Below, piece after piece: positions 53,086 through 64,000 of a DNA stretch of 64,000 nt. Positions within the stretch are counted from its first letter, which is position 1, and each line of letters starts with the position of its first letter. Origin of the DNA: Paraspadella gotoi (Eukaryota; Animalia; Chaetognatha); contig CM119271.1 of assembly GCA_051294375.1 (NCBI GenBank), positions 13,259,039 through 13,323,038 of the forward strand, written 5' to 3'. The notes beneath the pieces were generated by a model. That model was given only the letters and a program-made list of their open reading frames with translations. It was not told the origin of the DNA and made no database searches. The position numbers and the translations under genes are program-made.

Positions 53086-55052
53086 CTTAATCTCAGCAAT
53101 TCTTCGATCTTTTCTCAAATTTAAAATATTTCAAAATTTAAGGTTCAAACAGTCTCGGCAGCCCTTGAGATTATAAATAATTTTAGCTAATTTAACTTAT
53201 TTTGATTTAAACACCTATATTTAAAAAAGTTTTACACAATCACAGTTCGGTTACAGGGTCATTAAAATAAGTAATATCGCATTATACGTAATAAAACTGT
53301 TCTACAATACAAATTACAAACAGATTTTAATTAGTTATTTTATCGGGTTTTTTAACATTTTATAGATGTATTAAAAAGACTCCTGGTTATAAGTTATCCC
53401 AATATATCCTTATTTTATATAAAAATTTTTATATAAATTTATATTTAACTTAATATTTTTAAATTATTTTTTTTAAATCCTCCCTTATAAAAAATATATC
53501 AAAAGAGTCTTCTTCATAGCAGAGACTAAACAGAGTTCTCAGTTTTGATTTTATTTTTTATTTTCCAAAGATAAAATTTTTCTTTTTTTTAATAAATTTT
53601 AATCAGATCGGTGCCTGGGGCGAAGCTTGTGGCGAGATACATGGTGCGTGAAAGGCTCTACAGATGGAGGGCGAAGGTCGTACAGATGGAGACGGAGGCC
53701 TTACGGATGGAGATAATGCGGTCAGTGATTCGTGGAGTGAATTGGGTATTGAAAATTAATGAAGTGTGAAAATAACAAAATGCAAATGGCAAAAGATTAT
53801 TTTGAGATGTAAGCATGAAATAAGATAATCGGAATGTTAGCTTTAACTCTCTACTCTTAACCATATATAAAGCAAGATAGTGTGGCGGTATATTCACACC
53901 GCTGCAACGTCCACCATGCGTTTCATGCGCAATCCATTGGCTCAGAGGGGAACACAGGACCAATCCCCAGGCGTATGTTCCATCCCAGTCACTAATGATC
54001 TGTCCTCTGCGTTGGCAAGAGCGATACGTCCCTAGGTGAACCGCGCCAGTGACTGGATGCGTCAGCTGGAGAGGTCGGAAGCCCCCAAAAGCCAGACAGT
54101 GAAGATGCCGCCTCCAATGGGGCAGTCGAACAGGCAACGCCTGGTTGTCCAAAATAGTTTTGTTATTTGTATGCATAGGATTCAGCCGTTTTGAGGTTGT
54201 GTTTAATAATTGTTAGATATTTACCGCCGTTTCTAGATAACTGTAACGGGAGGTTAAGAGTTAAATAAACTAACTGCTCGTTAAGTCCTCGGTCCTGTTA
54301 TGGTTATTATCTTGTTTGAGTGATGGAGGCCTTAAACTATCTAGAGCTCTACAGAGTTCAAGTGAGAGATAACTTAATCATTAAATGAATGAAATTTTTT
54401 ATATTTGTTAGTATCAATTCAAAAGGCGAGACTGATTAGTTTAATGGAATGAAAGTATTTATTTGGTTTTGTTTTATCCTTGATGTAAATTAAAAAGAGC
54501 AAGAAGAGAATAGTCATATAATATTGGTCCGACCAATTATAAATTTCCCCCTCAATTTAATCAATTAATAACGGGGACAAGCAAAGTATTATTAAATCCT
54601 AACGAGCAAGCTTTCAATCAAGACTTATCGCCAAAGAACGTGCTTGAAAGACAGATGAAAAGGCGTGGGCTCTACGACGGGGAATGCAACTCTCGATCCG
54701 ATGGCGCGTGGATCGAAATCTAGAATCTTTTTCGAGGGCGCGAGTTTTCTTCAAGAAACCAGCAGACACGGAGATCTGCGGGGAGGCGGGGGGTGGGGTT
54801 GAAAAATGGGCCTTGTTTTCCCAGAACGCCCCGTTTTTGTTTTAAATTCGGAATTAGTTTTAACTTTTTTTTTTAGTTAAATATTAGTTTAAAGGTTAAA
54901 GATTAGGTTTAGGATTAAGTTAATAATAAAGATTAGGGACTTGGTTTGTGATTAGGATTAGGATTCGGATTAGGGATTACTATTTAAATTTAGAAATTAG
55001 GATTAAGAGTTTAGGGTTCGGGATTATGGATAAAGATTTGTTTATAAATTTA

Positions 55053-55097
55053 CCAGTCTTTTCGGAGGCTTGGGTTCGAATCTTACCGCTGCCACCA
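55053..55097 (+). pseudogene. 3' half of tRNA-Leu with encoded CCA (retro-copied fragment or extended LTR primer-binding site on the minus strand)
   Basis: ccagtcttttcggaggcttgggttcgaatcttaccgctgccaCCA resembles the metazoan tRNA-Leu 3' half CCAGTCTCTTCGGAGGCGTGGGTTCGAATCCCACCGCTGCCA (recalled, not searched); no 5' half upstream. Confidence 0.7.
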
Positions 55098-55847
55098 CAA
55101 TGAAGAAAGTAGGCGTAGTTTATTAAAGATTATTTATAAGAGTTTTATTTATATAGATAAATGAGGAGATAATAATAATTGAAGAAGGATATTATGATTA
55201 AAACGATGTTTCAAATTATAAAGTAAATAGTCCATGAACTTGGGAATTTTGATATTAGTTTCTTGAGGGTAAGTTAAAGACTCGTTTCTTCTCTCATATT
55301 CTCTCCTGTCGATTCTGTAAGGGAAGCCACCTTCTCTGATTGATCGAGAGAAAAGAAAAGGCACAAAAGCCAAACGAGCCAAGCGAGACAAGCTACACGA
55401 TCAATCCGTTTCCTGCAATGATATATTTAAACTTAATATTAAAATTAAAATTAAATTCTGCGATAAACAACATAAATGGGGCAATCTCGGAAAAGAGAGC
55501 CGAAAAATGAGGGGGTAATAACTAATATGATACGGGGGAGGGTTGTGAAAAAAGGAGGTTGCAACATCTTTAGAGGGTGGAGGCAAAAATAATAGAGCCT
55601 GATATATATTTACGCTATGGGGCCCGAGTTGCGAATTGCACCCCAAGGAGCTACAAAAACCATCTTGTTCTCTCTCTCTCTCTCTCTCTCCGTCTCGCTC
55701 ATATCTTCTCTCTCTTCTCTCTCTCTCTCCTCATCTCTCTCTCTCTCATCTCTCTCATAAGGAATAAAAAACCCGCCTTGTCGTTGTTGTTATTCCTTTT
55801 TTTTCCGAATTTCCCCCCCTCCTTTTCTCCCGAGGAAACGACTCGAG

Positions 55848-55992
55848 TATAAAAGGGAGAAGCCGAGAGCCGGCGTTCACTTCAGCGCAAAGAAAGCTTA
55901 GAGAAATCTATTCATCTTCCCGCGGATCTTTAAGCTTCTGATTGGCTGTCGTCCGCGCAAAGTAACCGAGAAACATCTTCCGATCGGAAAAG
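55848..55992 (+). promoter_or_regulatory. Putative core promoter (TATA + Inr) and non-coding first exon of myosin B
   Basis: TATAAAAG at 55848-55855, TCACTTCAG with the A at 55879 (31 nt spacing), and an aag|gtagt donor at ~55992. Confidence 0.6.
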
Positions 55993-56714
55993 GTAGTCGA
56001 CGATCGGGTTAATTAAAGGATTTCGCCGCGGGAGGGCCGGACGGGATTATTTCTTCGAAAAAAAGAATCGGGAGTTAGGAATGTTATGGCCGGAATTTTG
56101 TACGTTAACGAAAATGTCCGGGATATTGCGAAGATAATGTCGCGGGAATTTGCCCGTTGAAACGGCGCGGAATTTGGGAAACGGCCCCGAAATGGCCGGG
56201 ATTTTTTAAACCCGGGGGGAAAAATTTTGACCAGTAAACGCCTTTTGAAATCGTTTCCGGCAAGTGGCCGCATCTAGAAAACTTCCGGATCTGTCCCGAA
56301 GTATCTCTCTGTCCCATCCGTCCGTCTTTTGATTTCCCTTGAGAGCCAAACTTTTTTTTCCGCGTTTTTTGATTAAGTTTTGAAGTTTTTGTTGCAAGTT
56401 AACAAATTCAAGAATAACAAAGTCAAACGAATTTACGAAAAATAACCGACGTTAGTTTTTGTCTTCTTTTTTTTAATGATATAATTTTTAAAAAAAACAT
56501 TTTCTGAATCATCTGCTTCCGGTTTTCTTGCGCGGACTAAGATCGTCTTCTTCTATGTTTTAACTTCATTAGGCGAATATATACAAATATTTTATTTTGA
56601 ACTTAAAACAAAAAAGATAACAATCAAAACAATCAAAATTTTTTTTCCCGCATTTATTTTTTTCGTGACATCAATGTCTCCTTCATCGAGCAGAATCGGC
56701 CCTCGGACTCCAAC

Positions 56715-59700
56715 ATGGCCAAGGAACGCCCTATCCCCGAGTCAATCCCGATTGGATCTGGCTGCAGACCCGCCGATGAACGAGCTTCCTCAAGGAAGGA
56801 GCGACGCCCTTCCGACGCAAAGGTGAAGGGACGAGAAGGGTGAAGGGGGGGGTGGCGCCGGGGAATTGAATGGAGACGCCAACAGTCCGGCGCCGTAAAT
56901 GGTCGAGGTTTTGCCGGAAATTTCGAAAGCGGGATGCAATGGATTAAATCGAAATCATCGTTTAATTTAAAATTTTATTCCAATATTGAAAATTTTACTA
57001 GATTATATACATAAAATATCATCAAAATTTTGAATGATACTTTTATCATTTTAATGATAACTTTAAAAAGATTTTATATTTTGTTCCGTCTAAAGTAGAA
57101 ACAATTTTATTAACGATGCAATAAAAATGTAAATCATCTAAAAAAGCAACAATGAAAATCGTAAAAACTATTTATAAATTATTTTGATGTTTCAAATTTA
57201 AAAAAAACCAAAACATCTGAGATTTACGATTTTATTTTATTTCTTTTATATTTCTTTCCTAATTTTCTAAATTGTCTAAATCTTACATTAATATTTATCA
57301 ATTACTGAGAATGGGTGCTTGGGGTTTCGTCTTTCTGGAACAATGGAACACTATAACAAGGATGGAATTAGTTTCTAACCTTTGATGACCCCCAACTAAC
57401 ACAACAAACCGCCCCCCCCATTAGACCGCGTGTTGGGTTAGCGGATCCGGAGGAAGTCTAACATCAAAGAAACCATAAGCAAAAGACCAAGGAGATCAAA
57501 AATGCGAAAAAGTGGCAGACGGCGAAGAACACTGTCGTCACGTGCCCAAGGCGGAAGTGTTGGGATGAGGAATCCGCCCAAATTTGAGAAGGTTAATTTT
57601 TTGGGGATTGATTGGGTAGAACTGATTGATTTATTTGATTGATCGTTTGCGTCAGAGGTGATCGATAGATTGATGATTTGATTTAGTGATCGAAACGAAA
57701 CGTTTAATTTTTTTTTTTATTGATATTAAAAATTATGCTAATGTGGAAATTCGATACGTAAAAGTTTTAGATTTTAATCAAATTTATTTGTCAAAAATCA
57801 AAGCATAAAATTGGTATCGATATTTCGAACTAATGAACAATCTCAAAAATAAGAGTAATAATGTTATCCCCCCCCCCCAGGAAGAAGACATGTCGAACTT
57901 GTTCCCGTCCTCAACAAAGCCTGCGTTCTCACACAATCTGAGAACGCGTTACGAAGTCCTTGCAGATCTACACCTACTTCTGGCCTCTTCTGCATCTGTA
58001 TCAACCCCCTTAACAAAGTGGCTCATGTTGTACAACTCAGGTCATGAGAGATTACTACAGAAACAAGAGAAGGAACGAGGCGCCGCCGCATTTGTACGCC
58101 AATCGCTGACGGGGCCTTGCAAATTCTGGAGAGGGTGAGTCCAAAGGAAACAATGAAATGGAGGTCGAATAAAGCCTTGCTTCAGAAAAACTAATAATGA
58201 AAGACTATTTTTTTTTTTAAATTTATTGCAAAGTTTTTTTTTGATAGTGTTTAAATTTATTTTGAATTTTAAAAAATATTTTTTGACAGTTTTTTTTTTT
58301 GGCCTCCACTAAAACTGTATTAATTTTTTAATCTTTGGTTAGACAATTTGAACTACAATCATTGTAATATTAAATGAAATGTGCAAAAAGTGTGCAAAAA
58401 AAAATAATATAAACGACTTTTTTAAACCATCTTAATTAAAACATGTATCAATGGACAAGAGCCAGCAAGAACCAGTCCTCACTGATCACCGGCGAGTCAG
58501 GAAGGCGGGCCAAGACTGAGAACACCAAGAAGGTGTTGCAGTACTACGCCCTTCAAACTGCCCGGGCCCGACCAACGCCCCCCCCCCCGGGCCCCCCCAA
58601 GTTTTTCCAAGGCGGCCAAGTCTGAAAACGCCGGGTCCTCTTGAAGAGCAGATCATTCAAGCCAACCCGCCGTTGGAGGCGTATGGCAACGCCAAGACTG
58701 TGAGGAATAACAATTCCTCAAGATTTCGTAAGTAGTTTAAAGTATGCCAAAGTGTTGGTTAAATAGATTACTGAAAATCATGCATTAATCAATTTTATAA
58801 AAAAATCAATACAAAAAATTAAGTTATTGAAATAAAATTTAAATTTCTAAGAAACTTTCAAAATAATTTGTTAAACTATTTCAAAACTATTTTTAATATT
58901 AAAATATATCATTTTTATTCAATTTACATATTTGTACTTTCTATTTTTTCGTTCTCCTAATATTTTTATTGTTTAAAATTGAATTATAAACGTTAAAATC
59001 TTCCACTAGGGTAAGTTCATCAGAATCCATTTCGGCTCCAAACATGACAGATCGCCTCAGCCGACATCCGAAACTTACCCTGCTGAGAAGTCCCGCATCA
59101 CATTCCAGCTGGAGATCGAGAGAAAACTAACCACATCTTTCTACCACCGATGACCAAATGCTTATCCCTCAGTACCCCACCAGTGCGGCTTGTCAGAAAA
59201 GCCCTGACCCGGCAGTAACTACTTCATCAGCCAGGGTGTGCTGACCGTCGCTGGATGGGACGATGCGAGGAATGAGGGCCACTGGACACTGCCCTGACAC
59301 TCTAGGGCTTTACTCAGGCCGACAAGGACGCTTGCTAAACAAGGCTACCATCGCCATCGCCCATCTGGCACGCGAAATGGGCGCCAAAGGGTCGCGAAGA
59401 ACAAGCAGAGCCCCGACGCATGGACGAGGTCATTCTTGCTCAGCTGGCTCGGCATCGACCCCGACTTCTTCGTCGACACCTTCATGAAGCCCAAGTTGAA
59501 GGTGGGCAAAGATTTCGTGAAAAAAGGTCAAAAGTGACCAAGTGAATTTCTCGTTTCCGCCACGAAGCAAAATCTCTCTTCGCTGTTTTTTTCGATTGGA
59601 TCGTCGCGTTGGCAACGATTCTCTGGACACGACTATCTCTGTCTCGCCCAATACCCCGAGGAAGCATTTCATCGGCGTCTTGGACATTGCCCGGCTTCGA

Positions 59701-62700
59701 GATTTCTAGAGCTCACGTCTTGGAGGCAGCTCCTCATCAACTACAACCAACAGAGGCTGAGCAGTGTTCTTCAACCATCAACATGTTCCGTCCAAGAGCA
59801 GAAAGAGTACAAGGCGGAAGGCAATCCAATGGCCTTCACATCGACTTTGGCATGGATCTGGTGAAGACATCGAGCCTGAATCGAGAAAAAGAGGGCGTGC
59901 TCTCCATCTTGGAAGGAAGAGTTGCATCGTCCCAAAGCCTCCGACAAGAACCTTCACTGGAGAAGTTGAATGGGGAAACATCTTGGGGAAGCACCAATTC
60001 TTTCGTGAGCCGAACCGCCGAAAAAGGGTCAACCCCGAGGCCCCAACTTTGCTCTGTTCATTACGCGCCCCGGCGTTGTTGGAATACAACGTTACTGGTG
60101 GTTGGTTTAAGAAATAAGCGTCAGTTTCAAATACTTCTCATGGCGTTTATTCATTCATTTATTCGTTCTCTAAACTTTTAACGTTTCAATTATTTCAATT
60201 CATTCATCATTCATCATCATTTCATTCATTCCATTCATTCATGCGCCATTCATTCATTCATTTTTTATTCATTTAATAAATTCTCAACTTCATTCATTCA
60301 TTCACGACTTCACATTCATTCATTCATTCATTCATTCACTCATCACTTTTATCTTCAGGAACCCCGTGAACGAGGCCGTCGTGAACATGATGCAGTCCGG
60401 CCTCCAATCAAGTTCGTGGCCCTCGTCTTCACCGAGAAGGACCACCGGTGAAAAGAAAAAGGATCGGCGCTCATGACATCTCAGCCGCTCACAGAGAATC
60501 GTTCACAAACTCATGAACAACTGAACTCGACTCACCCTCACTTCGTCAGGTGAGGTTGGATGAGGCGGGGGGTAAGGTCAAGGGAATAAACTAAGTTGGT
60601 CTGAATCTTTGGAATGGTTTTAAATGGTGAAGTTAGTTATCGTCGATTTGTGAATGAGTTCAAGCGTCTCAATTATGAGACATGACGTGACGTGACAAGG
60701 CATTTTAAAGAACTGTTTTCTGTCATTTTAGTGAATAGAAAGTCAAATTTTTTGAGACAAAGTTTGGTTCGCAATATAAATTTATCCGCATTCGAAAAGA
60801 TTCGTGGTCAAACATCTTTTTGGTGATGTGAAGGATAAGTTCTTAGGTCGGTAAAGTGACCTAACCTGAGATAATCGTGGCATAGCTTTGTAAATTTTAT
60901 TGACCTTGTTATTTATCTTTTGCTTATCGATTGATTTAATCGTATTTTAGATGCATTCAATTCCAACGGATCAAAAATCTGGTCCACATCGACGCTCGCT
61001 TGTAATGCAATCACCACCTGCAACGGAGTGCTCGAAGTAAGTTTATTCGTTTTCGAATTATTAGAAAGTTGAATGTCCAAAGCAGTGTTGTATTACTATT
61101 ATAACGAATGAAAATATCCAAATGGTTATCCAAGAAAGAAATGTTTTAAACCATGATGTTGTAATGTATCATCTTCTATATCCTTTCCCATAATGAAAAT
61201 GTAGCTTAATAATTTTATACATTTGTAATTGTTAAAAAATAAAAAAAGTCTTTATTGGTAATAATATTTAAAAAAATTTTTACCAATTTTTGTTCAAAAC
61301 CTTAAACGCCTTCATTTCACACAAGTCCGTACATGTACGGCGTACACGTCTCACCATGTCTCACCAATGTTCCCCCACCCTTCAGGCATCCGCATCTGCA
61401 ATGTTTGGGTCTGCCCAACAAGGTGCCCTAACTCCGCTTCATGGCGCGCTATTCCATCGTCGCCCCAAAAAGATCTCCGCCGACATGAAAAGGACGACCC
61501 CAAAGGGTGTGCCAATAAGGCTTTGCCGCCTCGGGTCTCGACCCGATGATTTCAGGACAGGGCACACTAAGGTTTGATTCTTGTCTTTGTTTCTGTCCTC
61601 TCTCTGTCTCTCCTCTCATCTCTCTCTCTCTTTTCTCTCTCTCTCTCTCTCTCTCTCGTTCTTTCTTAATTTCTTTTCTCTCTCTCTCTCTTTTTTTGTT
61701 TGTCTCTCTCTCTTTCTCTCTTCTCTCCTCTCTCTCTCTCTCCTCTCTCTTCTCTCTCTCTCCATCTCTCTCCTCTCTCTCCTCTCTCGTTTTTTCTTAA
61801 TTTCTCTCTGTCTTCTCTCTTTTGGTGTTTGTTCTCTTCTCTCTCTCTCTCGTCTCTCTCTCTCTGTCTCTCTCTCTCTCCTTCTCTCTCTCACTCACCT
61901 CCCAACCCACCGACGGTTGATGTTCCGCGCGGGTCCGCCCTCCAAGCTGAGGAGATCCGCGAGGAGAGCCCCTCTCCGTCATGTCCTCAAAGTGCGCGCG
62001 CACATCGCAAGGTGTCTCGTCAGCGTCACCTACAAGGGGAAGATAGCGGAGAAGAAGGCCATCTTCTCCCATTCAGAAAACATCAGGAATTATTTACAAG
62101 ATGCAAGAAACTGGCCATGGTGAGCGTTAAATAAAAGAATCGACCAATCAAACTAATAATCAATCATGAGAAGAACTGATCAATCAAAAAAAAACAAATC
62201 ATTGAAACAGCCATTCAATAAATCGACCGATTGAAGCTTTTTTTTTTATGCAATAACAAATAACAAATAAATCAAAATCAATTCAATAATCTATTGGCCC
62301 GAATCAATCTATTCTTCAACCAATAAAATAAATTAAAATTAAGACCAACATTGAATAAATCATCACCGGTTCAATCAATCACTCGAATTATTATCTATAA
62401 ATCAATTGTTGGAAATCTCTGCACAACCGACCCATATTGATTAATTCAAACGTTGGATCGTAAATGATCAAACAAACCAATCAATTAGCAAAAATCTACT
62501 GTTAAACCGAAAATCATCAAACAATCATTTAAACAATCAACCTTATCGCCATTTCTTAAATTATTAATCAATCATGCGAAAAAACTGACAATCAATCAAA
62601 CAATCGGTTTGAACAGCCATCAATAAATCGACATGAATTGCTCTTTTTATTCATTCATAACGATTCGTCAGTCAATCGCTAATTAAATCGTCCAATCGTA

Positions 62701-63599
62701 GACTCAATCGACCAATCAATCAATCACAATCTACCACCAGTTCTAGCATGCTGGTCGTCTCGGAATCGGCCAAGATCCGCAAGAAGAAAGGAGGAAGAAG
62801 AGAGACGCCGATGAGGCGCCGGGTTGGAGAAGCTCAAGGCTTTCTTGGAAAGGAGAAGGTCCAGGGGAGGGAGAAGGTGCAGAAGGTCAAACGACGGACT
62901 CAAAGGGTGAGTTAAAGAGCGGGAAGGTCGTGGGTAAGATCGTTGTGTTGTTGTCCATCTGGCGAGGAGTGGAATAGCGATGCTGGCGCTAAAATTGGAT
63001 TAATATTATTCGATTCAAAGCGAAATGGAATTGTTTTTTAAAAAAAAAAATTTCCAGTCAATGAAAGTAAAAGAGAGAGGTTTGTGTATAAATACTTAAA
63101 CTGAATCGTAAGTATTCGAGTATCCACAATGAATTGTAATTCGTTTAGAGTTCTTCCAAATGCTGCAATATGCAAATTAAATGAGTTGCAAGGTTAAATA
63201 AATACTTCATCTCCTTTCAGGATTGAATGATGATATCTACGTCCTCTCTCTCTCTTCTCTTCTCTCTCTCTCTCTTCTCTTCTCTCTTCTCCTCTCTCTC
63301 TCTCTTTCCCCTTCTCCTCCTCTTCCTCTCCACCTTTTCCAGAAAGCCGCCTCCATCCGCGAGGAGCACGCCCGCGAGCTCAAGTCAGCGGCGCCATCGC
63401 CACCGACATCAAATCCTTGGACACGAAGGCCGCCAACGCCGCCGTCGCCCTCACGGATCTCGACGCGGACCATCGTGGCGGAGAGGAACAAGTTGACGAG
63501 CGAGTTGAAGGCACGCCAAAGGAGGTCATGAGTCAGGACCAAGGTCAACATGCAGAAGGAGTTGGCGACATGAGGACAAAGTGGCGCAGCTTCCGCGAG
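56715..63599 (+). CDS. Mhc: Class II myosin heavy chain-like paralog (myosin B), 3'-incomplete in the window, many indels
   Basis: Exons ~56715-56822 (MAKERLSP..PDWIWLQ), 57425-57591, 57881-58134, ~58460-58727, 59010-~60118, 60359-60549, 60951-61036, 61386-61571, ~61917-62119, ~62733-62906, 63343-63599. Colinear with myosin A, but introns are unrelated and synonymous sites differ. Confidence 0.85.
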
Positions 63600-64000
63600 G
63601 TAAGGGGAATGGATGGATGATGGATGGATGGATGGATGGATGATGGATGGAGGAGGATGGATGGATGGATGGATGGATGGATGGATGGATGGATGGATGA
63701 AGGAATTTAATTAATGAATGAATGAATCAATGAATGTATAAAATATTAATGAATAATAGATAAACTAATGAATCAATCAATCAATCCCTCAATCATTCAA
63801 TGACTGAAAAATTAATTAATGAATGATTGAATAATTGAATAAATATATTGAAGAACAAACGACTCCATTATAGAATTTTAAAAATTATAAAACATAGTAT
63901 TTAACAGTTGGGTTTCTTTCTTGGGGCTACAGTGTGCTCCTGTGTAGTACAAAGAATCACATTGTCTTTAACGTCTGACGACGATTACAATGAGCGACTT

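Overview
AT-rich, intron-rich animal (invertebrate-type) genomic DNA from a draft, partly unpolished long-read assembly, with N gaps, frequent 1-bp indels and (GA)n/(GAAT)n microsatellites; most ORF-track entries are microsatellite noise. From left to right: two multi-pass membrane ORFs (one XK-related scramblase-like); three tandem minus-strand paralogs encoding small secreted signal peptide + EGF + atypical C-type-lectin proteins; a secreted pentraxin/LamG-like gene; a minus-strand class II myosin heavy chain gene; a noisy duplicate of its 5' half that is probably an assembly artefact; and a divergently transcribed myosin paralog running off the right edge. The main observation is that the first myosin has an intact motor and two IQ motifs but only ~200 aa of coiled coil (~1,050-1,070 aa in total, no LMM rod, no head-rod proline). 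It is followed by a cluster of candidate short alternative 3' exons, two of them homologous terminal exons encoding PPPPPY (WW-ligand) tails. Also present are Helentron/DINE-like repeats, a tRNA-derived SINE, a CCA-ended tRNA-Leu 3' half and a minimal hammerhead-like motif. All gene models were derived by hand from GT-AG boundaries and family motifs; no searches were run.
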